From the NCBI RefSeq assembly GCF_006345805.1, contig NC_043001.1, positions 18,848,001 through 18,912,000 on the forward strand: a DNA stretch of 64,000 bases. The letters are read 5' to 3'. Of the stretch, positions 26,791-39,113 are shown in pieces. Position 1 is the stretch's first letter; each line of letters begins with the position of its first letter. The notes beneath the pieces were generated by a model. That model worked only from the letters and a program-made list of their open reading frames with translations, was not told the DNA's origin and did not search any database. The stretch comes from Octopus sinensis. Lineage: Eukaryota. The translations under genes and the position numbers were made by a program.

Positions 26791-27169
26791 TATTACGTAT
26801 TATTACCCGCATATTATCCGACCGTTGTTGCTCGATATGCTTGAAACAGCGATGGGAGAACCATATTATAATCTATTCTCTAAAAACAGGGTAGGAAAAA
26901 TACAAAGGTTTCTTGTTAATCTAATATGAATTAGCATCAGTATGCATCATCCCTTTGACTAATATTTTTAGGGAACCAGGTAGTCACGAGCAGACATAGA
27001 CACAGACACCAGCTTGAGCTTCTGTCTTGCCCCAATGCAATATCCATGACTAGAAAGAGAGAGATGTGTACGGGTGGGCGGCTGGTACTTTCGTTTTAAT
27101 GACTCTGGAATGATGAAAGACAAAGTTTGATTTGGCGGGATGGATTGGAGCTCAGAATGTCCAGAGTCC

Positions 27170-27362
27170 TGTGTAGTAAGAAGTTTACTTCCCAGCCACA
27201 TGGTTCTGGGTTCAGTCCCACCGTGTGACACCTTGGGCAAATGTCTTCTACTATAGCCAACCAAAGCCTCGTGAGAGGATTTGGTAGACGGAAACTGAAA
27301 GAAGCCCGGTAATGAAATATATATATATATATGTATTTATATATATTATATACATGTGTATC

Positions 27363-27396
<34 letters not shown>

Positions 27397-27573
27397 TGCC
27401 TGTTTGTCCGCACCACCGCTTATCAACCAGTGTTGGTGGATTTACGTCCCTGTAACCTAACAGTTCATCAATAGAGACCGATATAATGAATACCAGGTTT
27501 AAAAAATAAGTAAGTACTGGTGTCGATTCATTTGACTAAAAATTCTTCAAGGCAGTGCCCCATCATGGCCGCG
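27170..27573 (+). mobile_element. SINE family B, diverged
   Basis: ccacatggttctgggttcagtcccac...gatttggtagacggaaactgaaagaagccc...catggccgcgg. Confidence 0.8.
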
Positions 27574-27768
27574 GTAAAAGACAATGTATTTTGAGAGACG
27601 CTCTAACAATTCTGTTATTTCACAGCCATAAAACAGAAACGACGCACAAGATAATTTAGTCCTAAATACAGAGCAGAATCGGTACCTTTATTATTGATCT
27701 GCTTAATCAGAGTTAACTGTTATAATTCCCCCAATGCATTCCGCTACCCTATTAACTCTCCTCAGAAA

Positions 27769-27963
27769 CTGGCAGAAACGTTACCATGTCGGGCAAAATG
27801 CTTAGCAGCATTTCGTCTGTCTTCGTGTTTTGAGTTCAAACTCTGCCAAGGTCGACTTTGCCTTTCATCATTTTGGGGTCGATAAATTAAGTACCAGTTG
27901 CATACTGGGTCGATCTAATCGACTGGCCCCCTCCCCCCAAATTTCGGGCTTTGAGTAAAAAAG

Positions 27964-27964
<1 letters not shown>
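27769..27964 (+). mobile_element. SINE family C variant with (TTA)n tail
   Basis: ctggcagaaacgtta...ggtcgactttgcctttcatc...ggggtcgataaattaagtaccag. Confidence 0.8.
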
Positions 27965-28011
<47 letters not shown>

Positions 28012-28480
28012 GAGTGAGCGAGCAGAGCATGCCATCAAAGTGACACTGGGGTAAAATATACGAAGCCCAGTATACCCATCATGACTACCCGTCTGATAAG
28101 GGTACACCAGGCACATGCATCACAACCATATGTGCGCGACATGGTGATCTCATATCAAGATAAACAGCACATGACCTTGCAGGTGGGGCCCAGTTAGAAT
28201 TTTCTTCAGGTTGAGTAGCCCATCCCGCTCAAAAGGTCCCTGAATAAGGGTTGTTTAAGGACGTTGAACGAAACACCCATGTTTCCAGAGGTGAATTATT
28301 CAAACCCCAAAGAATCCTTCTCAACACACTGCTATGATGCTCCCCCACTACTTCTGCTCGTGATCAGAGATGCACATATCGTCAGCCACTAAGGGACATG
28401 CTCAACTGGTTAAGGTGAAACAACTGACAAGCAAATCTGTGGTATTGAGCAGAATATTTGCTGTAGCCTATCTTTTATAC
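28012..28480. mobile_element. Truncated copy of a 551-bp non-coding element embedded in (TTA)n
   Basis: Highly similar to 62497-62960 and flanked by (TTA)n on both sides. Confidence 0.85.
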
Positions 28481-28535
<55 letters not shown>

Positions 28536-28570
28536 CATTATTATTATCATTATTATTATCATTATTATTA

Positions 28571-28958
28571 GGTGGCGAGCTGGCAGAAACGTTAGCACGC
28601 CGGGCAAAATGCGTAGCCGTATTTCGTTTGCCGTTACATTCTGAGGTCAAATTCCGCCGAGGTCGGCTTTGCCTTTCATCCTTTCGGGGTCGATAAATTA
28701 AGTACCAGTTACACACTGGGGTTGATGTAATCGACTTAATCCCTGTGTCTGTCCTTGTTTTTCCTCTCTGTGTTTAGCCCCTTGTGGGTAGTAAAGAAAT
28801 AGGTATTTCGTCTGCCGCTACGTTCTGAGTTCAAATTCCGCCGAGGTCGACTTTGCCTTTCAGGTGCAATAAATTAAGTACCAGTTGCGTACTGGGGACG
28901 ATCTAATCGACTGCCCCCTTCCCCAAAAATTTCGCGCCTTGTGCCTACAGTAGAAACT
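28571..28958 (+). mobile_element. SINE family C with a duplicated 184-bp module
   Basis: gtatttcgt recurs at 28619 and 28803 (period 184); the second unit ends in the alternative tail ttcgcgccttgtgcctacagtagaaac. Confidence 0.85.
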
Positions 28959-29559
28959 ATTAACTCTCCTCCATTCCCGACTCCTTCATCCTCCTCTGTT
29001 ATTTTCCCATAATACTAATCCCGCTAAGTGCGTCCACCCAACATATTCTCTACCACAAGTTATCTAGTATCTCCGTTCCTTCTTTTAACCATCTCTTTGC
29101 CAGTGTCACCACTTTTCCCCTTGCATTGATGTTCCAGTGTGACCCAACTCTTCCCCTCGTCCCATACTTTTGCTCCCGTCCTGACATTCCAACATGACCA
29201 ACACAACATTCTCCGTCTGTGCCCATCTGCATATGTCTCATCAGTTAACAGTGCATTATGGCCAAATTACGACTCACTGAAGTCAATCGCCCAAAATAGT
29301 CAAAGCGTCATCCCATCTCCATGTTAAACCTTTCATTGGGATTAACTGGGGGGGGGGGGGGAGGGTAAGCAGCCCATAAGCATGTCTGAAATCGTAGCCA
29401 AATATCCCTCAAATGTCCTTATCGTTTTGAGATACTAAAGTACACAAAGAATGTAGTGCGAGGGATAATTCTAGTAGACAGGATGGTCGTAAGTGGAATG
29501 CCTTAAACATAGGTGAACACAATCAGAGATATCCTAGGATGAAATCAACGTCGTCATCG

Positions 29560-29814
29560 TCATCACAATCGTCGTCATCAACGTCATATTAATCATCATT
29601 ATCATATCTTGAGATGAAACATAATCGTCGCCGCCCTCGTCGTTGTCACCCTCTTCCTCCTCCTCCTCCTCCTCCTCAACATCATCATCATCGTCGTCGT
29701 CGTCATCATCATCATCGTCGTCGTCGTCGTCGTCATCATCACTACCACCACTACCATCATCATCATCACCATCGTCGTCATCGTCGTCATCATCATCATC
29801 ATATTCATCATCAC

Positions 29815-29879
<65 letters not shown>

Positions 29880-29890
29880 GCAAAAGCAAC

Positions 29891-29957
<67 letters not shown>

Positions 29958-30233
29958 GTTCTGGGTTCAAATTCCGCCGAGGTCGACTTTGCATTTCATA
30001 CTTTTGGAGGGGGCGGGGGTCGATAAATTAAGTACCAGTGAAACACTGGGCTCGATGCAATTGACTAGACCCCCCCCGCCTCTCCACAAATTTCAGACCT
30101 TGTGCCTTTAGTAGAAAGGATTATTATTATTATTATTGCTATTGTTGTTGTTGTTGTTGTCATTGTGGCTGTCATCGTCGTCATCTTCATCCTCATCATA
30201 ATCATCATCATCATCATCATCATCATCTTCATT

Positions 30234-30278
<45 letters not shown>

Positions 30279-30285
30279 AACTACA

Positions 30286-30326
<41 letters not shown>

Positions 30327-30366
30327 CACCACCACCACCGCCGCCGCCGCCGCCGCCGCCACCGCC
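29560..30366. repeat. Compound trinucleotide microsatellite mosaic (CAT/CGT/CCT/CAA/TTA/TTG/CTA/CCA/CCG)
   Basis: Consecutive triplet blocks, interrupted by a SINE at 29957-30120. Confidence 0.95.
29957..30120 (+). mobile_element. 5'-truncated SINE family C variant within (TTA)n
   Basis: cgttctgggttcaaattccgccgaggtcgactttgc...cttgtgcctttagtagaaagg. Confidence 0.85.
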
Positions 30367-30807
30367 ATTATTTTCATTGTTTTCCTCTATGTCAGAGTTA
30401 TTTAGTATGACCAAAACACAACTTTAGTATGACACGACACGACACACCAGATTGACCAAAATATCTTTCCACCATGACAACATATTATTTATTGTAAAGT
30501 CAGCAGCCATCTGCCATTCCGTTTCACTGCCAAATACCCCGACAACAATCCCTCTTCGTTAAGCTTCGTTACAGCGAGCATCATTTAAATACAAAGATAT
30601 GCAGATGTACGTTGATGAATATGGAGAGAATAGAGTGTAAAGACAGACACACATGCATTCGGTATTCAAAAATATGTTGAGACTCAAGCGCACAGACACA
30701 TACAGACGTGCATGGAATAGACGCATACAGCAACAGAAGCGTATACAGACACACATATACACGTATATATACGAACACACGGACACATACAGGCATACAC
30801 GTACATT

Positions 30808-30839
<32 letters not shown>

Positions 30840-30850
30840 CACACACACAT

Positions 30851-31446
30851 ACGTACACACATACGCGCGCGAGCGCAACAAAAAGAAGAGCAAGATGGAT
30901 TGTCAAAACATTTCTATTTTCACATCATCGAAACGCACGAGGATTGCGTATGTGTGTTTGCAAGTCTATGTGCGTGTGTGTGTGTGCGTGTGTGTGTGTG
31001 TTCGCATGTCTATGTGTGTGTGTGTCTGTCAGTGCGCGTGTGTGTGTATATGTATACGCACGTATATGCGTATACATATTTCAATGTATAGGTACATACA
31101 AGTACCTATACATACATATACATATACATATACACACACACACACACATACGTACACACATACGCGCGCGAGCGCAACAAAAAGAAGAGCAAGATGGATT
31201 GTCAAAACATTTCTATTTTCACATCATCGAAACACACGAGGATTGCGTATGTGTGTTTGCAAGTCTATGTGCGTGTGTGCGTGTGCGTGTGTGTGTGTGT
31301 TCGCATGTCTATGTGTGTGTGTGTCTGTCAGTGCGCGTGTGTGTGTATATGTATACGCACGTATATGCGTATACATATTTCAATGTATAGGTACATACAA
31401 GTACCTATACATACATATACATATACATATACACACATACACACAC
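30851..31446. repeat. Tandem duplication, period 299 bp
   Basis: acgtacacacatacgcgcgcgagcgcaacaaaaagaagagcaagatggattg at 30851 and 31150, near-identical. Confidence 0.95.
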
Positions 31447-31625
31447 ATACACGCACATGCACACACACACAAACACACTCACACACGTTCGTTTTGAAAA
31501 AAAAAATAACCAACAGAAATATTTTTTTGTTGAAGTTTCAGAACTGTTTCTCTTCAGAATATTCTCAAATAATGAATGAGATGTACTCTAGCAGTTGTAT
31601 AAGTGCGCGCACACACATACACACA

Positions 31626-31699
<74 letters not shown>

Positions 31700-31772
31700 A
31701 ACGAACGCGCACCTGCATGCATTTAATCATACACCCTCCCCCACACGCACACACACATATATATATAGAGAG

Positions 31773-31832
<60 letters not shown>

Positions 31833-31937
31833 CTTGGAAAAGGATGCGTGGCGTTCGATCATATAATATTATATATCATATATATAATATTTATATTATA
31901 TTATATTATATTATATTATATTTATTATATCTATTAT

Positions 31938-31981
<44 letters not shown>

Positions 31982-32067
31982 TTATATTATATTATATTAT
32001 ATATATGGCGGTGCCCCAGCATGGCCACAGCTCGTAGCTGAAACTAGATAAAATAAAAAAAATTTAA

Positions 32068-32102
<35 letters not shown>

Positions 32103-34494
32103 GCGTATAAATGTACATAATGTATATGAGTATATATATATGTATTTATACACACACACACATATTCCATTGGCATTCATTAACGATGCTATAAATTAAA
32201 ATACCGTTACTTACCAGCGGTTATGTTTGAGGAACTCATCGTCTCTCCTTTTTATGCACATCAATAAAAAAAAAACCAAGCTGGTAGAACAAATATCACT
32301 AGCCTTGCTGTGGCGGGAAGCAACTTTCTCAATTGTAATATCTCCTGAGCAGAACATTCAACAGTTAGTTGTGTGCGCTTGCGTAATTGTGTCCGTGTAT
32401 CACCAGCGCTTTATAACATATATAGATTTCTTCTGTTGTTATCTCTATATGTATGAGCGCTCATGTAAATCCTTATGCATGAGACTGCGTCCGTTTTCTC
32501 TATGATTATATGCGCGGTGGTGCCTCTGCGCGTCTGTCAAATGTCTATACTTATCAATGCATTTATCGGTACGTGTGGTCCATAGATCTTATGACTTTTG
32601 CTACTGAATCTAATAAATTTTTATTGATTGATTCGTTTATTTCTTTTAATCAACGTCGTGGAGCGCTTTCGCAGTAATGTTAAATTTAGTTGGTCAAAAT
32701 TAGAGTTTTAGCAGTACCGCTAAGGTTTTCATTCAAAATAGTAATTAATCCAATGTATTTTTTTGCAGAGTTCTCAGAGAAAAAAAAAATTAAGCATTAC
32801 ATTTTACGTGATTTTGCTTAAAAAAACTATCGACTGACTGGAGCGCTAATGAAATATTTTGATATATCACACTTATTAGAACCAATGTTTGATTACATTT
32901 TTCATGAAGATATAAAATCGTGTAATATTGGGGAAGAAGAAAATCCCACCTCAATTCTTTCTTCACCTTTCCCTTCTGTCTTTTTATCTGGTGTTTTTTT
33001 TCCCCTATAATATGACTATATATTCTACTAGTGTACTAATATATGCAGGAATCTTAAATGTTGTCGCTCTGTTCTAAAACTCAATATACGCTTTCAACTT
33101 TTCCTATTCGACAGCAAGTTTACGGCAGCAACAGTCCTGCCACTGCTATAGTGAACCTTTTGTGAATGGATTTATTCGCCCGCTGCAGCAGCAGTAGTAG
33201 CAGCAAGCAAACAGCAACAGAACAGCAACAGCTGTTGTAGCGGCAGCGGCAGCAGCAGCAGAATGCCTGCCTGTTCAATCAGTTGGCTGTTAATGGTATA
33301 GATAGCATTCGGTTAACTACAGTAGTAGAGGTAGAAGTAGTAGTTGAAGTAGTAAGATATTCGACAAACAGTAACTGCTACTGTCTTTGTGGCATGTAGC
33401 AGGGGGGGGGGGGAAATCGGTTCAGAGTCAAAGAAAGAAACATAAACAGAAAACGAAAGCACGTGAAAGCAGAAAAAGAAAAAAAATGATGAACGTCAAC
33501 AAAGGTGAATAATATCAGAGTGTGAAACTAAACTGAATTTGACGGAGGTTTCCGAGGGAAAAATGAGTAAACCTTACTAAGATCATCAGTGCACAACATA
33601 CAGACTTTTGGGACAGTTTTAAAGGTTTATTTAAAGTGTCTTTACTGGAAACAAAAAGAAAACGAGAAATCACAAAACGTAGATTAAACTTCTGTAGAAA
33701 CTTAGGTTGATCGTGTTTGTTGTTATAATTTAAGCCCAGGTGATTTCTTATCAGGTATATCAATCTTTAAAAATAACATTCTAACCGCGACTGTCATGTC
33801 TTACGTAGGTCTATGTCTTGAGTTTGTTGTATAGGTTTATCTGTGATTACAAAGTGTCTTTTTTTCTAATTAAAGATAGTAGCGTGTAATTTGAGGGAGA
33901 TGCGGCTGCTGTTACTATCAGGTTAAATAACGATCATGTCTATGCTACCTCACTACCTCGTGATCATGTTTATATTATCAAGAGGTACGTCATATGACTT
34001 AAACTACTCCGTCTGCAATATCAACAGGTAAAATATACTATCCAGTCTACTACCTGTTACAGAGTATATGGCTTCTAACAGGCTCCACAAGTGTCCGATG
34101 TACTTCATACTGAAAGCGTAAACAAATCCAGAATCGAATCAATAACTGAATATATTAAATATCTGTCTCTAGGCTAAATAAAATTGTCGTTTCTATACTC
34201 GGAGTAAGACTTTAAACATGGCCTGATCTACGTAATATTTGGGATACATATAATATGAAACTGAACCGAGTGTGTTGCGTCACTAAGTTATAACCTGAGA
34301 GTAGTTTTGGTTGCATGCAGTGCTAACACCAAAACTCGCCACCGACAAAATGATACGACAGATATAGTTAAATTCTTCTGACCCTACCTACCTGTTATTA
34401 GACGAACAGAATAATTGCTTGATATCTTTTAATCAGAGTCAGAAATACTAAATTTCTAAATCTCTCGTAGAGACATGTACGGTGGTGGGGCGAT

Positions 34495-34654
34495 AGAATG
34501 GTTGTATACTGTAAATCTAACACGAACGTGACAGTAGTGGTGTACACCACCGCTGTTTAGCCCTAGGAGGCGTCGATGCTTCCTAGGGCTAAACAGCGGT
34601 GGTGTACCCCACTACTGTCACGTTCGTGTTAGATTGACAGTATACAACCATTCT
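34495..34654. repeat. 160-bp near-perfect palindrome (MITE-like or hairpin)
   Basis: 80-bp arms centred on tc|ga (34574/34575), with 4 non-Watson-Crick positions, two of them G-U compatible on the + strand. Confidence 0.95.
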
Positions 34655-35599
34655 TTTAATCAGAAGTATCTAAACTAAGAGTATCAATCAGTCATTGTTT
34701 CAGTGATGAGGTCAGCAGAAGCCAGCCCCTTCTTTTGACCACACCCATTTAAAGTGTTGCAGACAACACACTAAACCGAAGAAACAAAAGTCAGTTTTGC
34801 AGTGCTACTTCTGCTTACAACGGTGAATGATATACATATTACAGAAAATGTAGAAGGTCATTAGATTAAGGTGACTTAGTCATTGACCAAATATAATCTA
34901 GTTTCTCAGGCCTCCTTAGTCATCTGAGGTTTTAATATAAGTAGATATTTTTGTAATGAAGTCGGGAAATATATTTCCTTACAGAATATAATACATGAGA
35001 GATAGTTCACTATTTCCTTTGAATAAATTCAAAACAGTTTTTTTTTTTTTTACAAGAGTAATATAGTCAAAAGATCTGTAATTTGAATGTAGACCAATCT
35101 GGTTTTAAACTTGATATGATAAAACAACCAGTCAAGCAAATAATGAACGGTCAACATTGTTACCCTTAACATAGAGCCATACCGTGACTTGGATTCGACC
35201 GCTTGCTGAAGCTAAGATAGCTAAATAATAATAGGACCCCAACAATGCTTAAAAATCTAGTAACCCATTAGAAAACAACCACTTGGGAAAGTATCTTCTA
35301 TAATTTTCATAAAAGCCTTATGAATGAAATTTGGTAGATGGAAACTGTATAGAAGATTGTCGGTAGAACTGATCCTGACCTTCTGTGGCAGACTTCATCA
35401 TCCAGTTTAACACCACCATATATCCTTTAAGGTATTTAGTGGAGTCAGCTCTGTTGCAAGCATTCAGATCAGGTCTCCAGACTGAAGATAACTTCCTCCC
35501 TCATCTCACCTATCTTTGACGCTCTGAAAAGAACCATGGGCGCTACACTACTCTTTTCACAGAAGTAAGTTTCTTCAGGCTTATGGTACTTATTGTAAG

Positions 35600-35780
35600 C
35601 TCAAAGGTAGGCACTGGATATATTCTGAATATCTTGCTGTCTTACTCCGAGTGTGCCACAAAGTTGCAATCATCGGAGTACAGCTAAATGTGAACTAGAG
35701 CTCTAAACTATTCAGATCCAACTGTTTACCTGCTGTGTGATAGCGAACATAGATGACGACATGCTAGTTATGAAATTCAT
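35600..35780 (+). pseudogene. Highly decayed LINE reverse transcriptase relic (CR1/L2-like)
   Basis: tctgaatatcttgctgtc..gagtgtgccacaaag..atcatcgga resembles SExLxVTSGVPQGSIxG, with gatgac (YADD position) about 100 nt downstream; needs frameshifts. Confidence 0.35.
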
Positions 35781-36223
35781 GAACAATCATGACTCCAAAG
35801 CATATGGAGACTAAAGTTAGCGCCAGTCTACCCCCTTGTTTAACACAATTGTTCACAGGAATCGGTTCTGGTAGAGCACATTCTGAGATAAAGTAGGCCT
35901 TGATGGAGGTGCGTATTTGGACATAGGAACAAGGAAATATAGGTGAGTACCTAAACTCTCCGTAATTGATTTTTATGTCAATCCTATGTCAAAATCATTC
36001 GTTGATCAATAAAAACTTAATAAAGGAGGAATTCCTGTTTTATGCACTTCTTTTTCAACAGTCTGACGCTAAAGATGTGTGGTGCCTGACCTGTACCCGC
36101 ATTTAGACTCTGGGACAATGACAGAGAATATGTATAACTGCAGATGATTCAGGGAAGTTTGGTGAATATCATACCATAAATTACAAGTAAGGAAATACCA
36201 TGTGTGCTACTACAGTTATTAAG

Positions 36224-36440
36224 CAATTACTTCTCCACAAATTTATTAATCTTGTGTTTATAAAAGAAATCAATATGCATCGTGCATTTCGTGTGAAGCA
36301 ACGTCGTTTAATGTGAGTCTCAGATCAGCCAATTACTGCATTTCAGATTATGACAGTGACAAGGGAATCTCTATGCAAATCGGTATAATAAGGTCACCAG
36401 GATACCTTTGTTCGGTGCACTAGTTTTATTAGCAATTATG
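36224..36440 (+). repeat. 217-bp direct repeat, copy 1, containing CCAAT, octamer and TATA-like motifs
   Basis: About 12 substitutions versus 38172-38388; contains agccaat, atgcaaat and tataataag in that order. Confidence 0.9.
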
Positions 36441-36449
36441 ACACTTTTT

Positions 36450-36880
36450 CCATCGCTCAGAACAACAGCTCTGCAATCTTGTAGAAATGGAGAACAAACT
36501 ACACGTTGGTAAACATTGTGATCACAAAATCAACCTCACCATTTCTAATAACCTCTCAGTTGGTGTGATATCTTTTCGTTCGACTGTTTAATGGCAATTT
36601 TGATTTTTGTGCTATGATTACTGGCCATTTATTTAATGATACTGTGCTGCGGTAGGTCTTCCATAAACATTCTCATCTGTTATGGACGGACTGAGATAAA
36701 AATGAAAGAAAAAGAATATGCAACATGCTTTGCCCATCGCTTCAGAAAATCTTTCGTATCATTGATCAAAGTGGATCTATCTTTGGAACGGAGACGAGAA
36801 GTAGTTGATTGGCCAGGATCAAATGTCTGTTTAACAAAATCTACACTGTTTAAGAGGGTTTTTTTTAATGTTTGTTAAAG
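36450..36880 (-). pseudogene. Decayed RTE-clade LINE fragment
   Basis: Minus-strand translation FDPGQSTTSRLRSKDRSTLINDTKDFLKRWAKH (cf. RTE linker GxSPLxSxDGSTLxTDKxxILxRWAEHF). Confidence 0.5.
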
Positions 36881-37422
36881 GCCAGTAGAATACTTCCAAT
36901 TAACACGTTTCCTCTCTGATATCAATTCTCTCTGTAAAGTTGATTTATGGTGCATCAACAATTTCTACGCCTTTAAAGTTTTCTGGATAAATTAGAAATG
37001 TGCAATTTCTGGTGTAATTCATGTTTGGTGCCTAAAACCTCAGATATATCTGAATTATTTTCATCGATTCATTTGCTTTTTCATTCATTTATTTGTTAAT
37101 ATAATTTGGTTTAATATATCTCTTCTGTTTTACTCCATAAAGTATGGTTTAAATCTTGGATAATAATGCAAGAAAGGATTCTATGGCATTTTGGGAAGAA
37201 TTGATTAAGCATAATACAATAAAGATCTTTCATTGCCTCTTTTTCTGTCGGACATTCCATGTCTTTGAGAGACTTCTTGTGATGTAGATGGGACCTGTTG
37301 CAGTTTAGCCCATCTTCTGCAGATTTAACCCTTTCAGCTACACCAATTTCTTTATATTACACTTTTTTTTTGCCGTGAAAAGTAGTTTGCACTCAGTGTT
37401 ACAAATCGGTTATAAATTTGAC

Positions 37423-38010
37423 TCTTCTTCTTCTTCTTCTTCTTCTTCTTCTTCTTCTTCTTCTTCTTCTTCTTCTTCTTCTTCTTTTTCTTCTTCTTCT
37501 TCTTCTTCTTCTTCTCCTCATCATCAGCCTTCTTCTCATCTTCATCATCATCCTTGTTGTTGTTGTTCTTCTTCTTCTCCTCATCATCATCCTTCTTCTC
37601 ATCTTCATCATCATCCTTGTTGTTGTTGTTGTTGTTTTTCTTCTTCTTCTTCTTCTTCTCCTCATCATCATCCTTCTTCTCATCTTCATCATCATCCTTG
37701 TTGTTGTTGTTCTTCTTCTTCTCCTATCATCATCCTTCTTCTCATCTTCATCATCATCCTTGTGTTGTTGTTGTTGTTTTTCTTCTTCTTCTTCTTCTTC
37801 TCTCATCATTCATCCTTCTTCTCATCTTCATCATCATCCTTGTGTTGTTGTTCTTCTTCTCTCATAAATCTCATCCTTCTTCATCATCTTCATCATCATC
37901 CTTGTTGTTGTTGTTGTTGTTTTTCTTCTTCTTCTTCTTCTTCTTCTTCTTCTTCTTCTTCTCCTCTTCTTCCTCCTCCTCCTCCTCCTCCTCCTCTTCC
38001 TCCTCCCCGC
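37423..38010. repeat. Compound (TCT)/(CAT)/(TGT) microsatellite with a 60-80-bp higher-order unit
   Basis: ctcctcatcatcatccttcttctcatcttcatcatcatccttgttg recurs at about 37514, 37577, 37658 and further downstream. Confidence 0.9.
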
Positions 38011-38171
38011 TTCTTTATTTTATTTCTTAACATTTATATTCTTTATTGGCAAAATCGTTTGAATGGCGACTAAATTATTTCGCAGAACTTCAACTCCTGC
38101 TGAGGATGACTTTGCTATCTTAAGAGATCGCTAAAACAAGTATAATTAAATATTAGAGCCGATAATATCAA

Positions 38172-38388
38172 CAATTGCTTCTCCACAAATTTATTAATCT
38201 TGCGTTTATATAAGAAATCAATATGCATCGTGCATTTCGTGTGAAGTAACGTCGTTTAACGTAAGTCTCAGATCAGCCAATCACTGCATTTCAGATGATG
38301 ACAGTGAGAAGGGAATCTCTATGCAAATCAATATAATAAGGTCACCAGGATACCTTTGTTCGGTGCACTAGTTTTATTGGCAATTATG
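38172..38388 (+). repeat. 217-bp direct repeat, copy 2
   Basis: Partner of 36224-36440; the same three motifs are retained. Confidence 0.9.
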
Positions 38389-38604
38389 TGTAGATTTCAC
38401 TGATAGAAACACACACATACACAGACACACACGCACACACACACACAAACGCACACAGACGCACAAGTACGCAAACACACACACACATACACAGACACAT
38501 ACGCACACACACACACACACACAAACGCACACAGACGCACAAGTACATAAATACACACACACACACACATTAGAAATTACGATAAACAAAAATTTATATT
38601 ACTA

Positions 38605-38701
38605 GTTCCTACGTATGTTTCACCATTGTGGTTATTTAGAACTCTGCATTGGATGTTTCAGTTGCAATCAGACGCTTAACCACAAGCGATCATCAGGAGA
38701 A
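38605..38701 (-). ncRNA. Hammerhead motif (core intact, stems weakened), left member of an inverted pair
   Basis: Minus strand: CTGATGA-tcgcTTGTGGTT...AACCACAAtggt-GAAAC-ATACGT-A|GGAAC. Confidence 0.55.
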
Positions 38702-38763
38702 TACTTTCTTGTATTATGTTATAGAGACCTAATATCCTAATTCTCTGTAACATTGAATAATGT

Positions 38764-38834
38764 GTTCCCCGATGATCGGTTGTGGTTAAGCATCGGATTC
38801 TAAACAACCACAACGGTGAAACATACGTAGGAAC
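38764..38834 (+). ncRNA. Hammerhead motif with core substitution (CCGAUGA), right member of an inverted pair
   Basis: GTTCC-CCGATGA-tcggTTGTGGTT...AACCACAAcggt-GAAAC-ATACGT-A|GGAAC; stem I is 5 bp. Confidence 0.6.
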
Positions 38835-38948
38835 TAGGTAATATAAATTTTTGTTTATCGTAATTTCTAATATATGTGTGTGTGTATGTGTGTAATTTCT
38901 TTTTATAAACATATATACATATATTATTTTCTTTATAAACATACTTAC

Positions 38949-39006
<58 letters not shown>

Positions 39007-39073
39007 AAGAATATTTTATATATATATATGCATGTGCATATATATAGATATTATATATATATATATATATGCT

Positions 39074-39113
<40 letters not shown>

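Noticed and set aside
29602-30414. Poly-His/Gln/Tyr/Ser ORFs
   Set aside because: Triplet microsatellite mosaic interrupted by a SINE.
33170-33290. CAG/GCA-rich stretch resembling polyQ/polyA coding sequence
   Set aside because: Stops interrupt the + frames and no splice-bounded ORF was found; may be UTR or simple repeat.
35859-35942. 84-bp segment with good splice signals (cacAG ... AG|GTGAGT)
   Set aside because: Stop codons in all three frames; at most a non-coding exon, and it lies next to LINE relic sequence.
37375-38073. 232-aa Ser/His/Cys-rich ORF and overlapping ORFs
   Set aside because: Compound triplet microsatellite open in several frames on both strands.
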